Source of the DNA: Epithemia pelagica
Taxonomy: Eukaryota; Protista; Bacillariophyta
Reading direction: 5' to 3'
Length of the DNA: 64,000 nucleotides
Assembly (NCBI GenBank): GCA_946965045.2
Contig: OX337238.1
Location: 1,178,001 to 1,242,000, forward strand
Part shown: in pieces, positions 21,535 to 33,200 of the stretch
Numbering within the stretch: position 1 is the stretch's first letter
How the letters are laid out: each line of letters opens with the position of its first letter
Translations under genes and position numbers: made by a program
The notes under the pieces: model-generated
What the model was told of the DNA's origin: nothing
Databases searched by the model: none
What the model saw: only the letters and a program-made list of their open reading frames with translations

Positions 21535-23237
21535 TTACTGCGTTTTCTCTGCCCCAGAAGGAATCGCTTTGGAGGGACGCTGCGACTCCAACATGCTTTC
21601 AATAAAGTTAATGTCCTCTGATCCAATGACGCCGTCCTTCACCTTGTCAAACACATCAAAAAGCAAATCCACCTCTTTGCTGTCAATCTGTCGAGAACGT
21701 CGCGCTTCGCGTAACAAAACACTAAAGGTTTCCTTGTCAATACCCTTTCCCCGATGTTTGACCTCTTTGAGAGTGTGATCAAGTGCACATATATCTGAGA
21801 GCGCTCGAGAAAGTGTTTCAATCTCGGCCAACCGTTGATCTGCCCTTTGACGAATGGTTCGGTCACTAATGTAGTTCAATGTTGTCATGGCAGCAACCAA
21901 CCCGAACATCGAAGTCGTAGCGAGCACATAATAGAATGCCATAGGGGAGGCTTTACCGGAGGAAATGGTAAGAAGCGAAACAACATGATTTCAGGTATGC
22001 TGGGTTGGATCTTACCTTCGAAACCAGAGACGAGATTCATTCCAAAGAAACCAGCAGCCGTTGTACCAAAAGCTAAGCTGAGACCTGCAATAGCAATGTG
22101 AACATTTACTTTCACAAGTCGGTTTCGATAGTCTACCATGGTTCAAATGTGAGAAGCGGGTCGTTCTGAGAAGTGCATTCGTATAGATGGTTTGTACTTA
22201 CTGTCAAGGGCAAGAGCGAGAAACTCTTGTTTCGACTGTAATCTTCGTAGCATAAATTGAATCTCCATCAATGTCATTGAAAGATGTCGTGCATATACAC
22301 CAAGCAGGAGTTCGACCTGTTCATGTCGAGCAAAGTCTATTTCCCGGCCTGCTGCTTCCGCTTCTTTCTGTTCGGTAAGCAACAAATCCAACATGGCTTC
22401 ATCGTCATCGAGAAGAGACGAAAGGCAATCGACGCATTGTTGCACATGCATTTCAAAGGACTGTAAGGAATCTTTCAGAGGAGCCAGTTGATGTACACCT
22501 GTGTTGCTATACACCTCTTCCGTCACCTTGACCAAATAGTCTTCCACAATGGGTTCATAAATTCTGACACGACGCGAGAAGGCCTCAACCGTATCCCGCA
22601 AAAGACCTTCCAAAAAGACGATTTCGTGTGGGTTTTGCCCCTCTGCTGGGACATTTCGATGATCGCTGTACAAATGTCGCTGCTGGAAGACCTGAAGCAT
22701 GCCGTTGGCAAAGTCTTGGACAGCTGGTCGATGTGCGTCGAGCAGGTGCACTTCGTTCAACCCGACAACCGCTCGAATATTACCAAAAGAGACCAATATC
22801 AGGTTTCCTCTGGGGACAATCGCAGCAGGAGCTCGGAGGATGTACTTTGGTTCGACAAGGTCTTGTCGAGCGGTCGCATTCAGGGTCAACAAGTCACGCG
22901 CAAAGATAGAAGTTTCTCGGAGAAGTTGAGTTGTACTCATGTTCATATAGTCTATGTTCTCTTGCCCATATCGAATTCGAGCAATCCGGAAATGTGGATT
23001 GTGGAGCAAATCATCTTTCGTTGCCACAGTGCTTGTGGATGGTAAAATATTGTGTGTGGTAGTATTTGCTGTTGTCGTTTTCCATCGAATCAAACCGATA
23101 TCAACACAGGTTCCTCCGGTTCTCTCCGAGCGGCGTAGATTGTTGAATGCAATGGATATATGTTGGACTTGTCTGTCACGTGTGAAGGACGTCGCTGCAT
23201 GGAAACAACGCTGAAATAGATGGCCTCCAGACCTCAT
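21535..23237 (-). CDS. MRS2/CorA-family Mg2+ transporter, 3 exons, with C-terminal EF-hand-like loop
   Basis: Introns 22133-22201 and 21951-22015 (GT-AG) give ...ALD|NYRNRL...FFGMNLVSGFE|ASPMAFYY.... GMN motif at the end of TM1; DKVKDGVIGSED loop. Confidence 0.88.
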
Positions 23238-23789
23238 GGTCGCTTCTCCAAAAAGTTTGAGGTCTATGAAGCATTGTTCTCGCAGCGAGAGCCCGAAACG
23301 TGCTGCTGTGTCTGTGTTTGGTACGTACGTGGGTTAATGCGACTAGAAGGCGAATCATGGTGCACATAAAAATCTCAATCGGCATTTTGTGGATGTCTAC
23401 CTACTTGTTCTCTATTCTCTCTATTTCAAAATAAGCGGAACAAGCTACTCCTACAAAGGTATCCTTTCACATACAGGAAGCGCGTTCGTGGTTGCGATCA
23501 TCTCGGAGTATATATTGACTGGGACTCAACCTGTCGTGCGTCAAAAGTCAAAAGCCCATGGACGATACGAAATCCTCCACTACTCTCCAACTACAATTAA
23601 CGTTACGATTTTTATTCATATAGTACAACCATGAACACTAAATGGCACTTTATCGCGGTATCTTCTTCGGGCTCAGCCATTTACTCCTACGTAGACGTAG
23701 ATCTTGACATACGTGACGTTATTGAAGCAGTGAGTACACCACTACCACACCTTCTTCGCTGGAAACCTTACTTTCCCACAACAGGTCGT

Positions 23790-24680
23790 TTAGATTGTTA
23801 CCGTTGTGGCTGCTCCTGGGTGTTGCTCGGTTACAACCTTCAAGCTTGGCGAAGCAAGAGATTGCGCCGTCGCCATACCACCACTCGCCTCTACTAGCTC
23901 GGCCAACCATCCGGATGGTGAGATATCGCCATTATTCAAAGGAATCAATGTAGAGGCACCTAACTGGTTGCAAATTTCGACCGTTCGTTTCGGCCCTTCA
24001 ACAAGGTTGAAACCCAACAAGCTTTGTTGTTCCACAGGGGCAATGACAACATCAGAAGACAGCGCCTCCAATGTTTCATCCAAAACATCTGAGTGCGGCT
24101 CCATATAAATTCGTTTTCCGTCAAGCTCCAAGAGCCATCCGTTTTCACGAGCTTGCCACGGTGGTCCCACCAATGCGCCTGTCGTGGCTGTTAGAGTTGC
24201 GGACTTAAGTTTCATTGATTGACCAGGTGCCAGTGTTTGAATATTTTTGCACGAAAAATTGATTATTGATTTCGCCTTCTCGTACGCACTCGGGGCGCAG
24301 ATATACTGCAGATCGGGCAGAAGCTTGCTCAACGCATCCAACGTCGGTGGGTGGGTGTGGTCGTCCAAGCCCTGCGTCAACAGACAGTGCGAGGGCTTGG
24401 CGTTGACAATGCACTCCAATGTCTCCTCTCGTGACAGAACTTTCTTATTGGCCCGATAAACGGAAGGGATTCCAAAATCAAGCTGGGATGCCAAGGGATC
24501 AATCACAATGGAAATGTCTTGTTCAGGAAACTGGCACATCATTGAGTTCACCTCCAAAGGCGTGTATTGGAACGAGAGTCCATGAATTCCAGTCGGTGCG
24601 GCGGCCAGTAACAGTAAGACAGACCGCATTAGGAAGGCCACAGCTCCGTCTAATCTCGACATGGAAATAGCATTCATCAT
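23790..24680 (-). CDS. Metallo-beta-lactamase-fold protein (UlaG/Lactamase_B_3-like) with signal peptide
   Basis: Hydrophobic N-terminus; LLTQGLDDHTHPPTL, RIYMEPH and LIPLNNG motifs. Confidence 0.75.
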   Translation of the reverse strand: MMNAISMSRLDGAVAFLMRSVLLLLAAAPTGIHGLSFQYTPLEVNSMMCQFPEQDISIVIDPLASQLDFGIPSVYRANKKVLSREETLECIVNAKPSHCLLTQGLDDHTHPPTLDALSKLLPDLQYICAPSAYEKAKSIINFSCKNIQTLAPGQSMKLKSATLTATTGALVGPPWQARENGWLLELDGKRIYMEPHSDVLDETLEALSSDVVIAPVEQQSLLGFNLVEGPKRTVEICNQLGASTLIPLNNGDISPSGWLAELVEASGGMATAQSLASPSLKVVTEQHPGAATTVTI

Positions 24681-25294
24681 TGCCTAAGCGATAAAATATG
24701 GAGCTCTCTGCAGAGGCAATCTGAACACATCAAAATGTGTTTGGAAAACTATCCCCTAGCGTCACATAGAGAGCAGGGGTCTCGAGGTTAAAATATTACA
24801 GCACTCCCGTCTTTCATTCGATAACAATAAACACCGATAGGGAGCAAAAGGCAAGCCGTTTGTCAGTCGCATTGTCCGACTGAGTCATCGGGTTGTACGA
24901 AGCAAGCGTAAGGCGTAAGGCGAAAAAATTACCAGGCCGTCTACTCGCTATGGACAACATGGAGTGGGTGAGAAAGTCGACCATCTCGGAATGACAATCA
25001 ATGGGCGCTTTATCCTAGGTAGGGGCATGACTGATGATTTCATTTCATCTCTTGGTCTTCTGCTATCCTCGGTAGGAAGTCAAGGATACTTGAGCTATGG
25101 TTATAGGCTCTCTCGATGACACTAGTTCTAGCGGTAATCGGCTTCAACAGTGGATTGACGCCGATTAGAAAGTATGTGGCTGTAACAGGGTTTCGGTCAT
25201 CGTATAACATATACTCCTTGGACTTCGAACTTCTTTGAAGCATCGTGTATTCATTTTATTCATTGTTCATCCAGCATCCCTGAAATCCAAGAAT

Positions 25295-25850
25295 ACGAGT
25301 AGACTACCTAGGTAGGTAGGTAGGTAGAGCAACAGAGCTGCGAAATGCGAACCCAAAACCCACCGAACTCGCAGCAGCAGAAACGAGAGGACCTACAAGC
25401 TTGTACACCCTACACCTGCCAAGTACTCGTACTCGTAGTCGTTACTCGTAGTCTTCCGTGTACGAGATTACTCGTACAGTAGTATAACAGAATCCCAACC
25501 AACATTCCTACTCGTTTATTCATATTAAAGCTATGCCTACTATTGCCCAACAAAAAATTTAATTAAAGGAATGTCTCTCAATACTATTGCCTCGATCACT
25601 GTCCTTCAGTAGGAATAGACACCATTGGTACACCATAGCCATAGGTAGGTAGCAGTACGGAAGCTACTGGTACGAGTACTCGAGAGACTCAAAACTCAAA
25701 ACTACCTACATCATTTCGGAACTAGAGACTAGAGCTACCTAGTAGCTAGAGAGGTCCCACGCTTCTACTCCTAGCTAGCTTGCGAACCCTCTAAACTTTC
25801 ATGTTCTACTCCAGGTAGGAGTAGGATGTAGGTAGGATCTCCTAGAGAGA
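25295..25850. repeat. Low-complexity intergenic tract rich in TAGG, TACTCG and CTAG words
   Basis: (TAGG)4 at about 25309-25324; repeated tactcg/tagtcg units at 25424-25475; multiple ctagag/ctagct words at 25720-25850. Confidence 0.6.
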
Positions 25851-26406
25851 GCCCTTCGTCCGTCGATGTCATCTCCCATCTCTCAAGATGCACCATCCAC
25901 GCCTTGATCAACAATGGGAGGCCGTTCGTTGCAAAAGTGCCAAGAGAGTATTTTATTTACTCTTGACTCTTGACTCCTGAAGGGTTACTCTCTAGTAGTG
26001 TCATGATTATTCTTCATTCTGCATTGTTAATTTTCGGTGCTGCTGAGCTTCCGAACGGACCAGACAAAGAAGAAAGAAGCACAAAACCAAGATGTAGAAT
26101 GCTTGTCGTCTCTTTCATTCCGTCGTGTGCCCAAGCTAATCTGGTGGCGACGACGGACGAAGTCGGTCAAGAGCTTCACTGACGCTTACCTACAAAATGA
26201 AAGATGATTGTTGATTGAATCGAATCCAAGTACGCACGAAGAGTCATTTTGGTGTTCGTGGATTGATTGAGAGAAAACAATCATCGAGGTCACACTGTCT
26301 TCAGGTTGATCGAATCGAGAAGTGCTTTTCCCTGCAGGTTAAGCATTGTCTGGTTGTTGTGTTGATCTGAGTTTTTAGTTTTTAGTCTGTTCCTTGCCTA
26401 GCTCCC

Positions 26407-29400
26407 ATGTCGTCGTCCGGTTTTTCGTCGCGTTTTGCGTCCGCTCCTCGCGAGCGCGTGTCTCTGGGTCCTCGCCCTCCCGCTGCGTCGTTGCATCCTC
26501 CTCCGGAGGTTGCCTCGACTCCTTTTGCGGGCTTCGGCGTGGGAGTGGGAACGGCTAATGTGCGGGTCCCTGTTTCGGCTTTGACGGGCGTTGCTCCTGT
26601 TTTGTCGGACACGGGGGGGGGATACGAAAGAAGTGGCGGATTCGGGTTTGGATGTTGATGTGCTCGGTCGTGAGCGTTCTCTCGGGGTGGAACAGTCGTC
26701 TGCTTCCCCCGGGGGAGGTGCATTTGCAGCGCCGCCGCGTTCTCCTCCACCTTTGTTTTCCCGGGATCGCATCGGAGCGACGGGTACTGCAGGAACGTGG
26801 TACGGTGGCGTTGGCGGCGGGCTCGACACGAGTACTGCCACGGCCGGCTGGACTGGCTTGGCGGCTCGAGAAGTTGCGAGTTCTGCGGGAGAAGGGCCTC
26901 CTCTCTCTTCGCAAGAACGATTGGCTACAGCATGGGCGAAAGCCGACCGAGAAAGTGAAGCGTGGTACTTCAAGTCACGTGGAATCTCTGAAGACGCGGG
27001 CGGGAACAATTTAATGGATGGAGTGGACGACACCAAGCCAGCTGGCAGGACTGTTGGAAGCTCTAAAGTTGCAGTCGCTTCGGTTGCAGAGTCTCTAAGC
27101 CCCACGCGTTTCCCTGGAGGTTTCACCTCAAAAGCGGAACCGCATGAGACGAATCTTCATGGTGAGTCTAACAATCTTGTTGCGTTGTTGTGCATTGATG
27201 TCTCGGATCATGATTGTTGTGGCAGCGCTGTGGGTTCGTCCGGAAAGTTCTGTGTGCTTCCCAAGCACCTATGCAAGACAAAGTCACACCACAAGAAAGG
27301 ACGAACCTTTCTAGACAAGCTCAAGACCAAAGGGATGGCGAGAACTCTCTTCATCAGCGTGCCGGTAGCGAAAGCGCATGCAGGAAAGGATGATCCACCC
27401 TACCAAGCCTTTAAAGATCCTTTCTTTGATGGAGAGTCCCTCACCTCCGCAAGGATCGACGAGTTATTGAACGGTCCCAAGCAACCTGTCCTGGTTTGGA
27501 CGTCATTGTTTTCGCTGATGAAAAGTGAGTCTCAGGCTCATTATGACCAGACGAAGAAGTCAACATCTCCAGCTCTAGAAGTCATTGGCGAAGCGGGCGA
27601 GCAGGCAGCGGATTCTTGGTCCATACCAGAGGAAGAAGACTTGGAGTTCGCCGACGTAGCAGTGTTGAAAAACAAGGCTGTCCACGTCGCTCACACACCC
27701 GCTAAAGGTCTTCGGCTCGAAGATGTGGAAATTCCTTCGCCAATTGAGCCTCTGGATTTGCGTCCTTTGGCTGTAGATAACGCAAACGTCAAAAAATCTC
27801 TGGTCCACAACACTCAACTGTTGGGGCAAGTAACTCAAGCCGCCTCGTCTCAGTTGGTGTCGTTGCGCTCTCGACAACACGAGCAGAATCGGCTTCTCAA
27901 CACGTTGGTTAACAAGGTGAACGTCTTGAGCGGACTTGTGGGGGCGCCTCCGCCAGAAGCAAGCACATCCACAGTATGGCAGGCGGTCTCGGAGTTACAA
28001 GACTCCAAACAACAGGATTTGGGAACTCCTCGTGGTGACGATTGGAAGGTGGCTTTCATGGACTTGCAGCAGAAGGTGGAATTACTGACCGCCTCTGTTG
28101 GTGATGTAAAACGTCAAGCCGTACCAGGAGTCACGGATAAGGATTCTGATTCGGTTGTTGCCCGAACAAGTTCGAAATACCGTTTGGCAAGAACTCCGAA
28201 AGATCGAAGGCACTATCATCGACGCCAACGAGTTCTTCCAAAGGGGAGGCCGCACGGAACTGGAGAACCATATCCGGTACTTGACCGATACTTTGCATAC
28301 TACGATGCAGAATGCATCAGCTGGTGTTCCAACATCTTCGGCCACCACCGCCTCCCTTGACGCGCAAGAGTTGAGTGAAATCAAGAAACTAATGAGTCGA
28401 ATGGAAGATCAAGAAAGGACTCAGCAGGTTCGATTGTCGGATCTAGAAGCACGGTCAGAAATGCACGGCGTGGAAATCGAAGGGATTAAGTTTTCTTCCC
28501 CCTCTCAAGTTAAAGCCTTCGTGCTGTCGAATAACGTGGCAGGCGAGGTGTTGAAGTTTGTGGATGCTATGTCTTTCCTCGAGATGGCAACAACCGTCTC
28601 TCAAAGTTACACGGACAACATTGAAGTCCAGTATCGTTCGAGTCGCTCGGCAATGGAAAGGCCGAGTGATCAAAAGGCACTCTATTCTTTTCAACTTGTG
28701 GCTCCTACGGTGATGGCTGGTACGCCAGATCAAGCTCGGACGAATCTACGCAAGCTCAGTAAATAAGAGACCTATCAACGATTCAAGGGCTCAGGAGCAC
28801 GGGATTGTGGAGCGGCAAGTGAAATAAGAAAAATGCTTATGGACAAACAATCGGCCATTTTGACGGAGATTAAAGCTTCGTCCATGTCTCGGGAAGCAAA
28901 GACGGTGGCTCATGCTTTGCTTATGGATGCGAAACAATTCCTTGACACGCTCCTCATTTACATGAAGGACCAAGTCGAAGAATATGGTTCCGACACCAAC
29001 TTGAGTGAGGTTAGACGTTGGGATCTCGTACAGAACATCGTCCGGATTGTCTTCGAAGTTATAAGCCAGCCACGCAGGCTTTGTAGCGAAATCACCATCA
29101 AACAAGCGACAAGTTCGGATCGAGCTCATGAGTTACTTTGGGCAACGTTACAAGCGAACCGTCTCCAACGAGAGTTCTTGGACCACAATTTTAAAAACCA
29201 CCCCAAGGTGGGTCCGATGCTTACGCACTTCCTGCTCGATGTTGTGAGCTTCCATGATGATGTGGATCCCCTTGTCAAAAACGTAGAAAAAGCTGTGACA
29301 GAGGCGTCTCAAGTCAAGAGAAAGCTGGATACGCTTGAGAGCCAATTCAAGAATTTACAGTCGAGGTTACCGGCGAAGAAAGGAAAAGCAAAATCTGAGA

Positions 29401-29417
29401 ATGATCAACAGAGCTGA
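26407..29417 (+). pseudogene. Gag-like ORF1 of the YR retroelement, two frameshifts and one stop
   Basis: ATG 26407; +1 shift in the G9 run 26613-26621; second +1 shift near 28150; in-frame TAA 28764-28766. Contains CCGSAVGSSGKFCVLPKHLCKTKSH Cys/His motif and coiled-coil segments. Confidence 0.65.
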
Positions 29418-29582
29418 GAAGAAGAATCCCTCGTCAACGCCGGTGCCATCCCCACGAAAAGAAAAAGAGAGGAAACCATCGTCACGACAAAAGGACATCC
29501 AAAGGAAAGAAAGCGAGAAAGGCTCGAGTCTTACTCAGCCTGGCTCCAAAGGAAGGTTCCCATAGGACAAGCAAAGCACACA

Positions 29583-32500
29583 ATGGGGATAGTGACGGCT
29601 TTCTTATCCAGTTGGTTGTTCATACCTGAGAACCTCAGTCAGTGCTGTCTACGGTGGATTGTTTTTCCCAAGACTTGTCGGAACACAGCCACAAGAATCA
29701 TTCCGCCCAACATCGAAGTGTTTTGGATGGATTTAAAAAGGGATCACGGTAGCGTGGACGAATGCATCCCAACTTCGGCAATGACTACAGACGTGGTTAT
29801 TTTCGAAGGTCCATGTCGTCCGCCTAAGGCAAATCATCCGCTTTGGACGTGCCAAGCTCAAATCGTCATATCGGATAGAGGGATTCGCGGTCATATTCAT
29901 GATGATTGGTGGTCACTGTCTCGCAGCATCACTCATGAAGAAACGGGCGGAGTCACCGACTGGACGGGCAGGTGTCACTGGTTTGCTCGAAAGTCATCTC
30001 ACGGTGAGAAGCCAAATGATGCCGAACAGGTGTTCACACCAGAGTCAATCAAGGGAGCACCGAATCGGTTGATTAATCTGATTGATCGTACCGAATCAGG
30101 ACGACGAGTCACGGACAAGGTCAAAGCAAGTCTAGATCCCACGGTAGATTTGCTTACTTGGAAACAGGCAATAGAGTTTAGAAGAACGCCTTTGATTTTG
30201 CCCACGGTGTACGGGCAAAACGTGAGAGTTCGACGAACCATGGTCGGAAAGGAGGTCGCAGCGTGCCTCAATTTACCTGTGACAGTAATCCGAGATTGGA
30301 ATGACACCATGTTGACCGCTGCCATAGCGGCAGTGGCTAAACCTGTGAAGATTGTAGCCAGTTTGGGTATAGCTTTACAGGCATGTTTGAAACAAAGTCA
30401 AAGGATTCATCGACAGAAATCAGAGGGCATTTGTAATGAGAATAACTCCTTGAAACGACGGGGTATTGACCCTCATGAAACGATCTCGAAGCGCAATAAG
30501 ATTTCTTTCCAATTTTCTGAGGAGGAAGGCATCGATTCGGAAACACGAATGGCCGGATACGTCAAGTTGGTGTCCACAACTACTGCGTCAGAGAAGGCGG
30601 TCAAGCATGACAAAGCCGCGGTCCCCACGGAACTGTGGGACGATCGAGTCCGCTATCTCCTGGATATCGTAGAATTGACAGATGGGCATCGAAAAGCGTT
30701 CAACCTTCTGAGGTCCGTGATGTTGCGTCGGTGGAGACGAAACGTCGTCCGGTCTTGGATATCCTGGTGGAACACAAATCATTACCAACTGAAGCGAGAT
30801 GAGCCCAATTGGTGGCGACTCATAAAAGAACGAGGAAAGGAAGCTTGCAGGCATGCTTGCGAGTCGACTTTTTGGGCCTGGCCGTCAGGATCGAGTGTTT
30901 TCTTTTGGCGGTGGCCGGACGAATACGCTCGCGACGTGGCGATAGGTGTACCTCCTTGTTGGATCGGGATGCCAAAACAAAAGATCGTACCGCAGAGAGA
31001 CTTGGGCGATGCCAGTATGGTTTCAAAGATCGCTGACAAGATAGAGGATGTGCGAGTTAAGCGATATGTCTGCGAAGAAGGAAAATGGAAAGCCAGGATG
31101 AACTATTTTGCCGTCCCAAAGGGCGATAGCGATATAAGGATGGTTTACGATGGAACCAAGAGCGGTCTCAACGACTGTCTCTATGCACCGTGGTTCCCGT
31201 TGCCAGACGCTGAAGTGTTGGTGCGCACCTTGGACACAGGATACTGGTGCGTAGACAATGACTACGGCGAGATGTTCCTCAATTTCTGGATTCATCCGGA
31301 ATTACAGGAATACAGCGCCATGGATTTTACTCCTATCTACGGGAGGAAAGAGAACGGCGAGTTGTGGATAGAGGGCTGGACACGATGCGCAATGGGGCAA
31401 AGTCCATCGCCATTCACGACTGTGCAACAAACAAGACGGTTAAAGAGACTTATGCTAGGCGATCGGCAGAAACGGATCAATGTCTTCCGTTGGTATCGTG
31501 TTGTTATCAATCTTCCAGGGTCCGTTGACCATCGCCCAGGCAAACCGTGGATATCAAAACGGCGACAGAATGGGGCGTTGGCGGCTGATGCACATGACTA
31601 CGTCGACGATCTGCGAGGTACCGGGCCTACTTCCAACGACGCTTGGAACATAAGTTCCGTAATTGCAAAGACTGCATCTTACTTCGGAGTACAAGACGCA
31701 GCCCGAAAACGCAGGGAACAAACTCAACGGCCCGGCGCATGGGCAGGAGTGGTGTGTGGAACAGCACCGGATCGTCCGTACATTTCTGTCACTCAGGAGA
31801 AATGGAACAAGACCAAAGGCGAGATCAGTCGGCTCCGCGTTGAAATTGATGGAGCAAATGCTCGATCAGACAATACTGTGAAACGCAAAGTGTTGGAGGA
31901 GGTGGCAGGATTCATCAATCATGTGGGGCGAGCTTACCCCGCGTTACTCTTGTACTTGAATGGAGTATACGCCACGATGAATGCATGGAGACCGGACGGA
32001 GACGAAGACGGATGGAAAACGGTCACCAATGATCAGGACCTGCGTAACGTGGGAGATTACTCGACAGCACCAGATCGAGTTCGGCTTGTACCACGAATGA
32101 TTTTTGACGTGGAAGCAATGGAAGAATTAACTCATGCCGATGGCCCACCAGAACGTTTCCTCCGGCCGGATAAGACTAAAGCGAAGGCTCGGTACTATTT
32201 TGGGGACGCATCCGGAGCGGGTTTCGGGATGTCTGGCTGGTCGCCTGGTGACGACGAGATTGAAGTGGATTTCGGTGCATGGGAAGCATCGGCCATGTTG
32301 GGATCGTCGTCCAACTTTTGCGAACTCGCAAACATAGTCATGAAGATTGAGGCCCTGGATTCGCAAGGTCGAGTTAATGCGGAGACGGAGTTTTTCATCT
32401 TTACGGACAATGTCCATGCAGAGGCTGCGTTTTACCGGGGGTCGGCGAAGTCTCCAGAGGTTTTGCATCTCATGTTCCGCCTCCACAAGATCCTTATGCG

Positions 32501-33200
32501 GGGAGAAGCCTTCATCCACGTTGTGTGGGTAGCGGGGAAGAGGATGATCGCTCAAGGAAGCGACGGTCTTTCTCGCTCGGACTTGACCAGTGGGGTACTT
32601 AGAGGCATTGACATGCTAAGCTATGTACCTCTGCACCTGTCAGCCGGAGAACGTCAACCCCATGGGATCGAGAATTTACTCCAACGAATCTTGGGGAAGC
32701 ACCATCCAGAGGCACTGCGGATGGAACCTGCCCAATGGTTCACAGCTCCTCAAGATTCGAACGGTATATTCGTTTGGGAACCAGCACCATGTCTAGCTGA
32801 TGTCGCCATATACATGTTAAGTGAAGCTTGGCACATCCGACCATGGAATGTTCACGTGATGATTGTTCCGTCCCTAATGAGTGGAAAGTGGAGAAGAATG
32901 CTGTACAAGATTTCGGACATCATTTGCGTGCTTCCTTTTGGAGAGGAGTGGTGGCCTCGAGACTCAGAATACGAACCACTCACGCTCGCTTTTATTTTCC
33001 CATTATTGCACAGAGCGCCTTGGAGAGCTAAATTCGAGCCTCTTTTTCGGCAGCAAACACATTACTTGCGTACGCTGCACAGGCAATCTGTCCCATTCGC
33101 GGGGCATTATCTGCGCGAACTATGGACACGAGCGTGGGCATTGGAGGGCATGCCAGGGGGCATACCACCCTCATTGCTACAACGTGGCGGCCGACCCTGA
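29583..33200 (+). CDS. YR-retroelement Pol: N-terminal extra domain, RT, RNase H and C-terminal MT-like domain (intact, 1205 aa)
   Basis: RMVYDGTKSGLN, DYGEMFLNF, MGQSPSP and YVDDL (RT); YFGDASG, FTDN and IAQGSDGLSR (RH); FVWEPAP...HVMIVPSLM..WRR (DIRS MT-like). Confidence 0.88.
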   Translation: MGIVTAFLSSWLFIPENLSQCCLRWIVFPKTCRNTATRIIPPNIEVFWMDLKRDHGSVDECIPTSAMTTDVVIFEGPCRPPKANHPLWTCQAQIVISDRGIRGHIHDDWWSLSRSITHEETGGVTDWTGRCHWFARKSSHGEKPNDAEQVFTPESIKGAPNRLINLIDRTESGRRVTDKVKASLDPTVDLLTWKQAIEFRRTPLILPTVYGQNVRVRRTMVGKEVAACLNLPVTVIRDWNDTMLTAAIAAVAKPVKIVASLGIALQACLKQSQRIHRQKSEGICNENNSLKRRGIDPHETISKRNKISFQFSEEEGIDSETRMAGYVKLVSTTTASEKAVKHDKAAVPTELWDDRVRYLLDIVELTDGHRKAFNLLRSVMLRRWRRNVVRSWISWWNTNHYQLKRDEPNWWRLIKERGKEACRHACESTFWAWPSGSSVFFWRWPDEYARDVAIGVPPCWIGMPKQKIVPQRDLGDASMVSKIADKIEDVRVKRYVCEEGKWKARMNYFAVPKGDSDIRMVYDGTKSGLNDCLYAPWFPLPDAEVLVRTLDTGYWCVDNDYGEMFLNFWIHPELQEYSAMDFTPIYGRKENGELWIEGWTRCAMGQSPSPFTTVQQTRRLKRLMLGDRQKRINVFRWYRVVINLPGSVDHRPGKPWISKRRQNGALAADAHDYVDDLRGTGPTSNDAWNISSVIAKTASYFGVQDAARKRREQTQRPGAWAGVVCGTAPDRPYISVTQEKWNKTKGEISRLRVEIDGANARSDNTVKRKVLEEVAGFINHVGRAYPALLLYLNGVYATMNAWRPDGDEDGWKTVTNDQDLRNVGDYSTAPDRVRLVPRMIFDVEAMEELTHADGPPERFLRPDKTKAKARYYFGDASGAGFGMSGWSPGDDEIEVDFGAWEASAMLGSSSNFCELANIVMKIEALDSQGRVNAETEFFIFTDNVHAEAAFYRGSAKSPEVLHLMFRLHKILMRGEAFIHVVWVAGKRMIAQGSDGLSRSDLTSGVLRGIDMLSYVPLHLSAGERQPHGIENLLQRILGKHHPEALRMEPAQWFTAPQDSNGIFVWEPAPCLADVAIYMLSEAWHIRPWNVHVMIVPSLMSGKWRRMLYKISDIICVLPFGEEWWPRDSEYEPLTLAFIFPLLHRAPWRAKFEPLFRQQTHYLRTLHRQSVPFAGHYLRELWTRAWALEGMPGGIPPSLLQRGGRP

